A stretch of 64,000 nucleotides of DNA from a virus: positions 4,180 to 68,179 of IMG/VR virus record IMGVR_UViG_3300027413_000007. One strand, given 5' to 3'. This document shows positions 1 to 11,044 of the stretch, piece after piece (the first letter of the stretch is position 1; the number at the start of each line of letters is the position of its first letter). Below the pieces are notes generated by a model, which worked only from the letters and a program-made list of their open reading frames with translations, had not been told where the DNA came from and ran no database searches. The position numbers and the translations under genes are program-made.

Positions 1-3000
1 GATTTAAAGCTAATTTGATGTGGGCCAAAATCAACAGATCTACTGCCAATTCCTGTTATTAGATCAACATGAGCACTATCAACGATGCCTTTAACATAAG
101 CAGAATCAGCTACAAATTTAATATAATCACTATCAGCAATTGATTTGACATAATCTGAATCTGCAATCGACTTAACATAATCGCTATCTGCTATGCCTTT
201 AATATAATCGCTATCAGCAATCGACTTAACCCAGTCAGAATCTGCAATCGACTTAATATAATCACTATCAGCAATTGATTTGACATAATCTGAATCCGCT
301 ATGCCTTTAATATAATCACTATCAGCAATAAGTTTGATATAGTCACTATCAGCAATCGACTTAACATAATCGCTATCAGCAATAAGTTTGATATAGTCAC
401 TATCAGCTACAAATTTGATATAATCTGAATCTGCGATCGACTTAACATAATCGCTATCAGCAATCGACTTAACATAATCGCTATCAGCAATAGACGTAAT
501 ATAATCTGAATCAATAATAAATTTAAAATGAGCAGAATCGAGTTTACCTGCAGCTGTTAAATCTTCTTTTTGGACTCTAATATTAACAAAACTGGAATCT
601 AATACCGATGTAAAAATATCTTGACCATCAATATAATATGACATGCCTGCTGCAACATTAATACCGTCTTTTAATCCACCACCAACAATATCTGTACCAA
701 CATTGATCGCATATAAACTACCAGGAGAATTATGATCAATACCAATACCAGATCTGCTACCGGTTGCAGCTGGTAGATATACTGTACCACCAAAAGTTTG
801 TACTAATGGAGATTCAGTTTCTAATTTAACAAAACTACCATTTGGTTGCTTTATTTTAATATCGCCATCTACTTGAAGATCTCCATCAACAATATTGACA
901 ATACCTTTAATATTCATGGTATATGCAGGATCGTAGTTAGTACGTACACCCATTCTAAATAAGTTAGATGGTTCTGACGCTTTCTGTGAAACATTTTTCT
1001 GGAAAGCATAATTTGATGTTTCAGTTGCAATTAAAGCTATTGCTTCAGCAGAATCTAAGAATCTATCGGCATCAACTAAAGCATTAATATAATTTGCATT
1101 AATTACACCCTGATATGTTTCAAATTGATTAAATCCATAATTTTGTTGTCTTGCAAAAATATAATCAGAATCAAAGAAATGTGTTGCAGAATCAGGACTT
1201 ATAAAGAATTGAGCAACCTGATGAGTAAGATAAACTTGATTGCCTTGATTTGAATCAAGAATCCTATCACCTTGCCAATATAGTGACTGTACATTAAGAC
1301 TACCATTAACATCTAAATTATATCCAGGTGTAGCTGTGTTGATACCAACTCTTGGAGCAGTCGTGTGAAGATAACCAGATCCAGCTGTGTTATAAAAATA
1401 CTGAGATGCTGGCATACTTGTGCGATAATGCGCTGTATTAATATGTGATTGAACATAAGTAGCATTAGCATTTGCTCTAATCCATGCTTGGTTAGCAACG
1501 TCTTGTTGAATATATTGATATAATGGTTTAGTGTTAATAGCAATATTACTTGTAAAGTTTGCTAAATCTTGAACATCTAATCCGTATGTTGCTCCAGCAG
1601 CTACTTTACCAATTGCTACTGCACCACCCATAATAGACATTGTGTTATTAGCAGATACAGTATTAATATTTGCATCTAAACCAATTCCAATAGAACCTTC
1701 GCCTGTTGCTTTAATTTTTCTACCAATAGCAATAGAACCTACGCCCGTAGCTTCTACATCGGTACCTAATGTGATACCACCATTTGCAGCTATAGTATCT
1801 TTACCAAAGCCAAAGCCACCTAAAGTTGCTTGGTTACCTTCACCGAAACCATACGCTTTTGCACTAGTACCATCAATAATATTGCCATGGCCATAAGCAA
1901 AACCTTCATCATCAACAGTATTAGAATGGCCAAACGCATAACCAAAATCAGTAATAGTGTTTGCTCTACCATATGCATCGCCACCTTCAGTTACAGTATT
2001 GCTAGATCCGTAAATATTACCATTCTTATTAAGAATATTTGATGCACCGAAGATGAATCCACCTTGAGATGAATTACCCCCGGAGATACCTAAACCTGTA
2101 TTTGCATTACCATATACATTAACATTATAGAAGTTTTTATTGTCATTACCATACACATTAGATGCAACTTTAATGTTTTTATTTCTATGACCATATACGT
2201 TATGTACAGAGTTTATAGTTTCATTTTCCCATCCATAAACTCTTGAGAATTTTGTTATACTCTTATTCGAGTTACCTATTATAAAAGATTTATTAATACC
2301 AGTAGCATTTAATTTACCAACAACAAAACTAGATTGTCCAGTACTGTTTCCTGATCCGTAAACATACGAGTAATTACTAGTAGTATTACCTACACCAAAC
2401 GCTGCAGCCTGTTTTCCACCAATTGTCTGGTCGCGACCAAAAGAAATTCCGCTAGCGCCAGTAGCAGACGTATTTAAACCTACACCAACACCAGTATTAC
2501 CAGAACTAACATTGAAACCAATAGAAACTCCGGAGGTCCCAGTACTTGTATTTTGACCTATACTCGTACCGTTTGTACCAGCTGTGGCTGTACTACCAAT
2601 CGCAAGAGCATTCGTCCCAGCTTGAGAATTCTTTCCGATTATGACTGAATTTGTATTAACACCAGTGGTATTATCTCTACCAATATTAAGACCATTTTGA
2701 CCACTAGCAAGATTATATCCTATGACAACAGAATTTTTTGAGTTGTTAGTAAGCTTATTACCAATAGCAGTATTTTTAAAATGATCGTTATGATTACCAG
2801 GATCACCAGTAATTTCTTTACCAATTACGACACCAGCACCAGTAGTAAGATCTTTACCAATAGCAACTCCGCCGTCAAGTGTAATTGCAGCACCGCTTCG
2901 GCCTGTATTTGTAATTTCAAGACCAATAGATACTGATTTTTGCTTATTGCTGTTTGTAATATCTTTACCAAGACCAACACTAAATTGACCTGGATTAGTA

Positions 3001-6000
3001 ACAGTATGACCTACTGAAACTGATGCAGTAGTATGAAGAGGACCTTTTGCTATTCCAACATAAGATACATTACCAGCATTTGCGTCATAACCAATAGCTG
3101 TTGAATAATCAGTAGCTAAAGTATTATAGCCAATACCCTGTGATTGGAATCCAACTTCATTACTATCCCATGTTACATTTGTTCCATCAACTTCACCTGC
3201 TCTGAAAGCGCCATATTCTGGAATCCACATAAGTCTTGAACCAGCACCAATTTGAGTACCAGCTTTACTTAATGGAACAACGCCTGCTTTTGGATGTTGA
3301 GCAATAGTTGCAATATTTGAGCTAAGGAATAATACATTACCAGAATCTACTGCAAATCTTGTTGTTCCATCATTTGCATGAATAGTATCTTTTTGACCAA
3401 CAATTACAGAACCTTCTTCGTCATAATAAATTTGTTGATTACCACCTGCAGGACCTATTCTATTCCAAGGAGTAATTAATCTTTCACCAATATAAGTCGA
3501 GTCTATAACTCTCATAAGATTAGAATCGAAAGATCTTCCAATATATGGATTAGTTAAAATAAATCCTCTAGCTGAATCGTAAGAAGATGAGTGATAAGGG
3601 CCGAAATACAATTCAGCGCTTTCTCCGGCTGTCATGGTTTGATTAATACTATCCCAAAGTAGTCCGCCATTAATTACTCTATAATCAGCATCAGCTCTGC
3701 GACTACCTCCAAATAACAAACCACCGTTTTGTATTTTAGCAATTTTACCGTCTACAGTAAATCCAGTTTTAAATATAGCACTATCATTAAATGTAAATTG
3801 AGTATTGGCCTGAGCAGAACCACTATCTTCACCAGTAGCACTTTTGCTACTTGTAATATTAAGATTACCACTTAAAGTAATAGCCGGATTTTCTAATTGA
3901 AAACCTGATGCTACTGTAAGAGGACCTTTAACTGTAAGTGATGCATCATTCTTTCTACTTCTTGCTTCAATTTTAATTACATCATTTAATTTTAATCTTG
4001 TATTTGCAGCAGAGTCAAAGATATGAATAAGACTATTACTTGCTTCTTCCCATTTTTCTCCATTTGATTCAAGTTCAACACCATTAATATATACTTTTGT
4101 TAGACCATTTTTAACGTAACTAAGAATTTTACTTGTTGGGCTTGAGTTGTCACTATCTTGAAGTCTTAGACCAAAAAGACTACTACCTTTAAGAGATGTT
4201 ATTGGATGTAGTCCTCTATTATCAATTCTAAGATCTGTTATTGTAGAGGTATTTGCTGGAGGTGAGCCTACGCCCCAGCCAGGAAGTGATGCTAATCTTA
4301 ATTCAATAGTATTAGTTCCGGTTACTACAAAATCTCCAGTTTGAACACCAAGAGCAGCGCTTCCTGTGCCAATGTTGAGCTCTGAAGAATCAAATCGTGG
4401 CGATGATCCAGGCGGATTCCAGTTATAAGGTCTAAATGATACTACAATATGACTATCATCTAAAGCTGGACCAGGTATTCCAGATATAGTAATCGAAGAA
4501 TCACCGAGTGGTAAATGGTTATCTACTCCTGCATTCCCAACGCTTCCAAGAATTATTCCTAAAGCTCCACCAGCTCCATTATCAAGAGTTAATTGATCTC
4601 TTGAAACTACATAGCTATCAGCATGATCAATCCTAGGATCTTTTGGTGAACCATCAGTAAATATAAATTCAAATGTATCGTCTGGTGTTATTTTATGTCC
4701 TTCAATAAGGCTATGTCCACCAGCACTAAATCCAGAATCAACTCTTACATCACCTTTAACGTATAATCTAGATCCTGGATGATCGATAGGAGCACTATCT
4801 GCACCAATTGCAACTTGAGTATCAGTATTAAATCCAACTCCACCAAAATAGAGAGTATGACCATCAGCAGATCTTCTCCAATGCGAACTATCATTAGCAT
4901 TATGAAGAATATAGTTAGGACTAATAACAGTTTTCAGATAACCAGAATCGATAACAGAAGCAATGACCGACGAGTCAATGTTCATTCTATCTTTTACATA
5001 ATCATTAGTAACAATTGTTGCAATATAGTCTTGAGTTGGCCAAGCGACCTGAGTACCTTGAGCAGATGTAGTAATAATAGGAGATTTATGATCAATTGCG
5101 GCTTGTAAAGAAGCATTATCTTCTGCAGGCCTATTTCCTAAAGATGCGCCTGCTACCTGATAATTTGGAAGATCAATACGAGCTTTACCAAGAACATCAA
5201 GCGAGAATTTCTTATAATCTATTCCATCAATATTATCTTTGTAAGATGCATCACTTACACTAACATCATTTCTAGCAATTGTAACAGCATTACCTTGTGG
5301 AATGTCTGCAGCAAGAGATGCATCTGCTTGAAAGTTAATAAGTTGATCGCCCTCTTTTAAGGCCCAGAAGTTATCAATAGAAACTCTTGCTTGAACATAT
5401 GCCGAATCAAGATGATTTTCTAGAATTGGAATAAGTCCACCAGTTGGTCTTACAACAAAGCTGTCAAACGACATTCTTTCGCCAGTACCAGGATTATCAC
5501 CAATCGTAAATACACTACCTGAAACAGATTGTCTAAAATGAATTGAGCCTTCTACAGTAGCGCTATCAGCTACAGTTAGTTTTCCAAGTATATTTAAATC
5601 AGCACTCGGTGTAGCTACTACAGTTGGAACGACTTGAGCATAAATTGCTGATGATGTATCAAATGTTCCGCTGTAATCTGTGGTAGTAACTGGTTGAGTT
5701 AATGCTTGATCATGAAATAATTCAAATTTATTAGTATTAGTTATACCTCCAGATCCATTATCTGGCCCAGTAAAGAAAGTAATTGCGTCTATAATACCAG
5801 CAGGTGATGTAATAGCAACTCCTTGGAATCGAACAGCATCACCTACTGTTAAACCGTGAACACCACCGGTCGGTAAAATAACTTCGGTTTTTGTGCCTGA
5901 TGCAGAAATAGTAAAATTTGATACTAAAGCTGCAACATTTATAACTTCATAGCTACCATTGACCGAATATATACTAGGTTCGCTTGACATATCAAGTGGT

Positions 6001-9000
6001 ACAGTACATGCTCTATCAGTAAATAAATTAAATGTATTTGCATCAACTGCCTGAACAAAATATATATTATCGGCTGTACTATTATAATTAAAACTACTAG
6101 AAGTTCCAGAAGTACTATCAGTCTCAACATTAACAAATTTAATAGCTAATCCGCTGCCTGGGCCACCTGCAGTAGCCATCGAACCGGGGGCTGCAAGTTT
6201 ATGACCACCGGATGAAGTTACTGTTAAACCATTCCAGAGATTATTTGCTGTTACACTTCCATTTCCACTAGTTGCGTCAATATTAATAGTAAATCCATCG
6301 GGAAATGTAGAAACTGGAGTTGTAAATGCTGTGTGTGTAACAACAACAATAGGTTCCGTGCCTTTAATAAAATCTTTAATATTAACATTACCAATATAAA
6401 GTGTAGCACCACTATCAATATTTACATCACCATGAATATCAAGAGTATAATTCGGATTAAATCCAGAAACATATTTTGCAGCATTATTATGAGGTGTTTT
6501 CGCAGTTTTACCAATCATAATATTAGTATTGTTTAAACCCTTGTTTACAAGGTTACTATCAAGAATACTAGTACCAGCATCGTTAAATGTCTCTGGCTTC
6601 ATAATTACGATGCCATTACTTAATCCGGTTGGAATAAATGTATTACCACCAATAAATATAGTATTATCAGCAGTACCACCTACTGCAGTTCCACCATACT
6701 GCGCATTTACTCCAGCTGTGTGTGAATCTTTCCAACCCGCACCAATTACAATATTATCAGCATTAGTATTATTAATAAAACTATTATCTTTACCGAATAT
6801 TAAATTATTTTCAACACCAGTACCATCTAATTTATTATCTTTACCAATTAGATAATTGTTATCTCCAGCATTATCAAGTATATTACCGTCACCAATAGCA
6901 AATGATTTATTAGTAGCACCAGTTGATGTATTAGCTAATCCAAATTTATTACCAATACCAAATGCGTAAAGTTTAGTTCCAGTACTACTTGAGTCTTGCA
7001 CGTTACCTTCACCAAGGAACATGTTTTGATCTGTTATAATTTGGTTATCTTTACCAATTGCGACACTATACTTACCTTGACTAGTAAGACCGTATGTAGA
7101 ACCTCTAAGAAGAATATCTCCTTTAGAAGTCCTTTGTCCAACTTTATTTTTTGAACCTAAAGATATAGAAGAAAACCCTCTCGCATATGGTTCTTGACCC
7201 ATACCTATAGAAGTAATACCTAAATCAGAATTTTGATGTTCAGCAAGTAAAATTTCACCAGCTCTAATAAGTCCAGCTCTTGAGCTGTACATAAACATAT
7301 TGTCATATTCATTACCAGGAAATACTCCAGCAGAATCGAATATTGCTGAATCAGTAGCAGAATAAGTTAAAGCTTTTAAACCATCAACTTGGAAATCACC
7401 ACGAACATCAAATTCTGTATTTGGTGTTGTTTTTTGTACACCAATATTTCTTGGTGTTTCTTGAATAATAAACGTTCCGTTATCAACAAACGCATTACCT
7501 GCAATAGGGGCTCCACCTTCTGGATTCCACTGCGCAAATGTGCCGCCGTAAAGAATATCACCGCCAACAAATAAATTACCAGCTCCATCAATAGCCGCAA
7601 ACATATCTGATTCTCTACCAATCGATACGTTACCACCTTGAATAGCCATGAGGTTATCATCTACAACAATACCTGGTAATGTTCTATTTGGATTATTAAG
7701 TAAATCAGCGCCTGCTCCATATGTAGGAGTAGTAGTGACCATTTGAAAATTTATGCTTTTATTAGCAGTATTAGCAATATGACCATTCATACCAAATGCG
7801 TAAGAAGATTGTCCTGAGACTATATTTTCTCTGCCAAACGCAAACGCATCACCTCCACCAACTTTATTATAAGAACCAATTGCAAACGATAAAGCACCAC
7901 CAACAGAATCTTCCACGCCAAAAGCATAACCAGCATTACTTTGAGCTCTGTTGTTTTGTCCTATTAAAAAATTAAAATTGCCGCCAGCCGATTTATTGTC
8001 AAGACCAATAAATACCTGTTGGAAACCGCCATTTGATACCACATTATTTTTACCTAAAATAAAGGTATCATCACCCATTGCAGTGTTTCCTGCGCCAAGT
8101 AAAATATTTCTATCACCGCCATCAGAATTGCTTGCTCCAATACCAACAGAATATAAACCAGTTATTTTATTTTTGAAACCCATAGCAATTGAACTAATAC
8201 CGCCAGCTTGGCTACTATCACCAGTTGCAAAACTACCTTGACCAGATGCTTTAACATTTCTACCAAAAGCCGCTGAAAATTGACCTAAAGCACCCCAAGC
8301 AAAATCATTATGGTTTGTAAAGTATCCACCGCGCGTTGATGCTTTTCCTGGAACAAACGAAAATCTAGATCCTTTATCTGAATCAGCAAGAGCGCTTAGT
8401 GTTGGATCACCGTAATTAATTACAAGATCATTTGCCATAGAAATCTCGCCAGAGACTTTATCATTATAGCTAGCATCAAAAGTTTGACTACTTCCTGCTA
8501 AAGGACCCTTTACTTGAAATGGCCCGCCATGAACTTCAAACCTAGATTTAGGTTTATCTGTACCAACCGCAATTCTACCAAATCCACCATATGGATAAGT
8601 TGCTGAAAAATCTCTTGGAGCAAAATACGCATCATCTATAGCTGTAGCTGTAAATAATCCGCCGCCTGTAAATGGAACACCATTTTGTAAAAGTTCGCCA
8701 GTAAAGTTAATACTACCATCTTTATGAACTTCGAATAAAGAACTATCTTCAAGTGATATAGCTCTTATTAAAACTGAAACGTCTGAATCATTAGCACTAG
8801 TACCATCACCTGGAAATCTTCTAAGATCTCTTCCACTGTCTTTATGTAAATCACTTTTAAAATAGTTAATAGGTAAAGTAGAAGTTAATGAATATTTACG
8901 CCCCGCAAATTCGGTTGAGTCGCCATTAGTAGTTACTGTTAAACCATAAAATTCTCTAGCTTGAGCAGAATCTGGATAATATATTGAATTTGGATCAATT

Positions 9001-10739
9001 GTTCTTAATCCAGGTTTTGAAGCATAAGAACCTAATCTAACTCCTGCAGCATCAACAACTCCAGTATTTTTATCAACAACAAATCTAAACCAGCCAGAAT
9101 CTTGTATAATTTGTTCTGCAACCATAAGACCAAATCGAGTACCATTAGCTCTATCAGTTTTTTCTCCGTAAAATAATTCGCCGCCTTGAATAGAGTCTAA
9201 ATTGCCAGAAGTTAAAACTGAACCTGGAAGTAAATCTGTAACTCTTAATTTTTGAAACATTGCTGGAGAATATGATACTATTTCTCCGGTTGGTTTAATA
9301 GTTAAACCTTTAAAGTTACCTTGAGTATGCCCAATTTTTAATCCATCGGTCGAATCATACATGAAGTCTGAATCGCCACCCAGTGTTTTGTCTGCATTAA
9401 CAAATGGCACAGTACCAGGAGCAAGTGACGTACCTGGAGCGTTAAATTCTAGTCTATTGACTCTAAGAAAATCAACATCACCAGAATCCGCTTTAAAATA
9501 TTTAAAATACGCTGAGTCAGCTTGTAAATCTTTATTATAGAAAAGTCTATTTGTTGTCCAATAATTTTCGTATTGTGTTCCAGCAGCACCAGCTTGCCAA
9601 GTAATAGTTGCACCTACTGGTCCACCTACTGTAATGCCTGCTCCTGATGCCCATGCTGAGTCAGCAGCATTATCAGCCACAACAATGTTTTTATCTACGA
9701 TCGTAACTGTTTCAGATTGAATTGATGTTGTCGTACCTTGCACATTAAGATTACCAACAATATTAACATCACCTGCAACATCACCAAACGGAAATGGATC
9801 GATGTTAATTGTAGCTGGACCACGATATTCTGGGCTATGCGCAATACCAAAACTATGATATAAAGAATGACCGCTATCCACATCAAGTTGACTAATATAT
9901 GCATTTGTTATTTTTGCAGAGTCAGCATCAAATTGGCCAATATAACCGCTATCAGCATCTATTCTTGAAATATAAGCACTATCGACATCTAACTGACTAA
10001 TATATGCAGAGTCAACCATTAGTCTTGAGATATATGCAGAGTCTACGTCGAGTTGACTAATATATGCAGAGTCAACCATTAGTCTTGAAATATAAGCACT
10101 ATCAACATCAAGTTGAGAAATGTACGCACTATCGCCTTTTAATCTAGAAATAAATGCAGAGTCAACATCAAGTTGACTAATATAACCACTATCAACATCA
10201 AGTCTTGAGATATATGCACTATCAACATCGAGTTGAGAAATGTATGCAGAATCAACCATCAAGCGACTAATATAACCACTATCAACATCAAGTTTTATAA
10301 TATGCGCAGAGTCACCAGTGAGTCTTGAGATATAGCCAGAATCTACGTCTAACTTCCATACAAATGCTGAGTCACTAGTAAGTCTTGAAATATAGCCAGA
10401 ATCTACATTAAGCTGACTAATAAATGCCGAGTCCGCTTTAAGTCCGTGTGTATATAAGAAATCAATGGCACGTTCTGAGTCAAGAAGTAAAAATTTATCA
10501 CCAATCGCAACTCCAGGATTTCCTGCAGCTTGCATAAGAGTCATGAATTTTTCACCACCTACCGCAGCTACTCTACTTGCCATTTGAGGAACTACAAGCG
10601 AATCGACTGCTGGACCTACACCAACGAATAATGTTCCGCCTGCTACACTGTCATAATATGAATATGCAAGCTCGCCTAATGCTAAACTTGAAGGGGTGGC
10701 TAATTGGCCTGATCTCTTAATCTGGATTATAGATGCCAT
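1..10739 (-). CDS. Giant tail fibre/adhesin protein, >3,579 aa, 3' end outside the window
   Basis: ATG at 10739 gives MASIIQIKRSGQLATPSSLALGELAYS, the IKRS..P..L..GELA N-terminus typical of phage fibres. The same frame was spot-translated open at about 10400-9900, 8370, 7300, 3240, 2640 and 540-3; the ORF track reports no terminated ORF in this frame. Contains YadA-like xIG repeats; late promoter just upstream. Confidence 0.88.
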   Translation of the reverse strand, partial: MASIIQIKRSGQLATPSSLALGELAYSYYDSVAGGTLFVGVGPAVDSLVVPQMASRVAAVGGEKFMTLMQAAGNPGVAIGDKFLLLDSERAIDFLYTHGLKADSAFISQLNVDSGYISRLTSDSAFVWKLDVDSGYISRLTGDSAHIIKLDVDSGYISRLMVDSAYISQLDVDSAYISRLDVDSGYISQLDVDSAFISRLKGDSAYISQLDVDSAYISRLMVDSAYISQLDVDSAYISRLMVDSAYISQLDVDSAYISRIDADSGYIGQFDADSAKITNAYISQLDVDSGHSLYHSFGIAHSPEYRGPATINIDPFPFGDVAGDVNIVGNLNVQGTTTSIQSETVTIVDKNIVVADNAADSAWASGAGITVGGPVGATITWQAGAAGTQYENYWTTNRLFYNKDLQADSAYFKYFKADSGDVDFLRVNRLEFNAPGTSLAPGTVPFVNADKTLGGDSDFMYDSTDGLKIGHTQGNFKGLTIKPTGEIVSYSPAMFQKLRVTDLLPGSVLTSGNLDSIQGGELFYGEKTDRANGTRFGLMVAEQIIQDSGWFRFVVDKNTGVVDAAGVRLGSYASKPGLRTIDPNSIYYPDSAQAREFYGLTVTTNGDSTEFAGRKYSLTSTLPINYFKSDLHKDSGRDLRRFPGDGTSANDSDVSVLIRAISLEDSSLFEVHKDGSINFTGELLQNGVPFTGGGLFTATAIDDAYFAPRDFSATYPYGGFGRIAVGTDKPKSRFEVHGGPFQVKGPLAGSSQTFDASYNDKVSGEISMANDLVINYGDPTLSALADSDKGSRFSFVPGKASTRGGYFTNHNDFAWGALGQFSAAFGRNVKASGQGSFATGDSSQAGGISSIAMGFKNKITGLYSVGIGASNSDGGDRNILLGAGNTAMGDDTFILGKNNVVSNGGFQQVFIGLDNKSAGGNFNFLIGQNNRAQSNAGYAFGVEDSVGGALSFAIGSYNKVGGGDAFAFGRENIVSGQSSYAFGMNGHIANTANKSINFQMVTTTPTYGAGADLLNNPNRTLPGIVVDDNLMAIQGGNVSIGRESDMFAAIDGAGNLFVGGDILYGGTFAQWNPEGGAPIAGNAFVDNGTFIIQETPRNIGVQKTTPNTEFDVRGDFQVDGLKALTYSATDSAIFDSAGVFPGNEYDNMFMYSSRAGLIRAGEILLAEHQNSDLGITSIGMGQEPYARGFSSISLGSKNKVGQRTSKGDILLRGSTYGLTSQGKYSVAIGKDNQIITDQNMFLGEGNVQDSSSTGTKLYAFGIGNKFGLANTSTGATNKSFAIGDGNILDNAGDNNYLIGKDNKLDGTGVENNLIFGKDNSFINNTNADNIVIGAGWKDSHTAGVNAQYGGTAVGGTADNTIFIGGNTFIPTGLSNGIVIMKPETFNDAGTSILDSNLVNKGLNNTNIMIGKTAKTPHNNAAKYVSGFNPNYTLDIHGDVNIDSGATLYIGNVNIKDFIKGTEPIVVVTHTAFTTPVSTFPDGFTINIDATSGNGSVTANNLWNGLTVTSSGGHKLAAPGSMATAGGPGSGLAIKFVNVETDSTSGTSSSFNYNSTADNIYFVQAVDANTFNLFTDRACTVPLDMSSEPSIYSVNGSYEVINVAALVSNFTISASGTKTEVILPTGGVHGLTVGDAVRFQGVAITSPAGIIDAITFFTGPDNGSGGITNTNKFELFHDQALTQPVTTTDYSGTFDTSSAIYAQVVPTVVATPSADLNILGKLTVADSATVEGSIHFRQSVSGSVFTIGDNPGTGERMSFDSFVVRPTGGLIPILENHLDSAYVQARVSIDNFWALKEGDQLINFQADASLAADIPQGNAVTIARNDVSVSDASYKDNIDGIDYKKFSLDVLGKARIDLPNYQVAGASLGNRPAEDNASLQAAIDHKSPIITTSAQGTQVAWPTQDYIATIVTNDYVKDRMNIDSSVIASVIDSGYLKTVISPNYILHNANDSSHWRRSADGHTLYFGGVGFNTDTQVAIGADSAPIDHPGSRLYVKGDVRVDSGFSAGGHSLIEGHKITPDDTFEFIFTDGSPKDPRIDHADSYVVSRDQLTLDNGAGGALGIILGSVGNAGVDNHLPLGDSSITISGIPGPALDDSHIVVSFRPYNWNPPGSSPRFDSSELNIGTGSAALGVQTGDFVVTGTNTIELRLASLPGWGVGSPPANTSTITDLRIDNRGLHPITSLKGSSLFGLRLQDSDNSSPTSKILSYVKNGLTKVYINGVELESNGEKWEEASNSLIHIFDSAANTRLKLNDVIKIEARSRKNDASLTVKGPLTVASGFQLENPAITLSGNLNITSSKSATGEDSGSAQANTQFTFNDSAIFKTGFTVDGKIAKIQNGGLLFGGSRRADADYRVINGGLLWDSINQTMTAGESAELYFGPYHSSSYDSARGFILTNPYIGRSFDSNLMRVIDSTYIGERLITPWNRIGPAGGNQQIYYDEEGSVIVGQKDTIHANDGTTRFAVDSGNVLFLSSNIATIAQHPKAGVVPLSKAGTQIGAGSRLMWIPEYGAFRAGEVDGTNVTWDSNEVGFQSQGIGYNTLATDYSTAIGYDANAGNVSYVGIAKGPLHTTASVSVGHTVTNPGQFSVGLGKDITNSNKQKSVSIGLEITNTGRSGAAITLDGGVAIGKDLTTGAGVVIGKEITGDPGNHNDHFKNTAIGNKLTNNSKNSVVIGYNLASGQNGLNIGRDNTTGVNTNSVIIGKNSQAGTNALAIGSTATAGTNGTSIGQNTSTGTSGVSIGFNVSSGNTGVGVGLNTSATGASGISFGRDQTIGGKQAAAFGVGNTTSNYSYVYGSGNSTGQSSFVVGKLNATGINKSFIIGNSNKSITKFSRVYGWENETINSVHNVYGHRNKNIKVASNVYGNDNKNFYNVNVYGNANTGLGISGGNSSQGGFIFGASNILNKNGNIYGSSNTVTEGGDAYGRANTITDFGYAFGHSNTVDDEGFAYGHGNIIDGTSAKAYGFGEGNQATLGGFGFGKDTIAANGGITLGTDVEATGVGSIAIGRKIKATGEGSIGIGLDANINTVSANNTMSIMGGAVAIGKVAAGATYGLDVQDLANFTSNIAINTKPLYQYIQQDVANQAWIRANANATYVQSHINTAHYRTSMPASQYFYNTAGSGYLHTTAPRVGINTATPGYNLDVNGSLNVQSLYWQGDRILDSNQGNQVYLTHQVAQFFISPDSATHFFDSDYIFARQQNYGFNQFETYQGVINANYINALVDADRFLDSAEAIALIATETSNYAFQKNVSQKASEPSNLFRMGVRTNYDPAYTMNIKGIVNIVDGDLQVDGDIKIKQPNGSFVKLETESPLVQTFGGTVYLPAATGSRSGIGIDHNSPGSLYAINVGTDIVGGGLKDGINVAAGMSYYIDGQDIFTSVLDSSFVNIRVQKEDLTAAGKLDSAHFKFIIDSDYITSIADSDYVKSIADSDYVKSIADSDYIKFVADSDYIKLIADSDYVKSIADSDYIKLIADSDYIKGIADSDYVKSIADSDYIKSIADSDWVKSIADSDYIKGIADSDYVKSIADSDYVKSIADSDYIKFVADSAYVKGIVDSAHVDLITGIGSRSVDFGPHQISFK
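66..540 (-). repeat. About 17 x 27-bp coding tandem repeat, peptide (A)DSDY(V/I)KSI
   Basis: Hand translation: IDSDYITSIADSDYVKSIADSDYVKSIADSDYIKFVADSDYIKLI...; synonymous codons vary between units. Confidence 0.92.
9870..10440 (-). repeat. About 18 x 30-bp coding tandem repeat, peptide LDVDS(A/G)YIS(R/Q)
   Basis: Hand translation: LMVDSAYISQLDVDSAYISRLDVDSGYISQLDVDSAFISRL... Confidence 0.92.
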
Positions 10740-10779
10740 GAAATAAACAACCTATCTAAATGCTTTTATTATTTAATCT

Positions 10780-10787
10780 TATTTATA
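10780..10787 (-). promoter_or_regulatory. T4-type late promoter TATAAATA upstream of the giant fibre
   Basis: Exact tatttata on the + strand about 40 nt before the ATG at 10739. Confidence 0.75.
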
Positions 10788-10792
10788 TGTTT

Positions 10793-11035
10793 TTAGAAGG
10801 TATCTCCACCATCTATTATTTGCCCTTGATTTAAATGTTTTACAGCTGTCCACAATTCTGTTTCAGCATCAAATGCAATCATTGTTCCGCCTGGAATTTG
10901 TCCTGCCGGGGCAATCGCAGTATCGCTCACATCTCTAAGACTGTTTCTAATTTTAATTTCTTTAATAGCTGGAAGCGGTGTTCCAACTTTAATGTTTTTA
11001 ACGATGGTACGATTTGATGTTATTTTAATTGCCAT
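10793..11035 (-). CDS. Small tail-fibre-associated protein
   Basis: 80-aa ORF ending IIDGGDTF (DGG motif common in fibre-associated proteins); co-oriented with the fibre gene. Confidence 0.55.
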   Translation of the reverse strand: MAIKITSNRTIVKNIKVGTPLPAIKEIKIRNSLRDVSDTAIAPAGQIPGGTMIAFDAETELWTAVKHLNQGQIIDGGDTF

Positions 11036-11044
11036 ATCGTTACC

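Noticed and set aside
66-540. 27-bp repeats as a CRISPR array
   Set aside because: The units are contiguous with no unique spacers, vary at synonymous positions and translate as a peptide repeat; no cas genes are present.
1313-9904. Short ORFs listed in the track within 1-10 kb (both strands)
   Set aside because: They are shadow frames of the single giant minus-strand fibre ORF.
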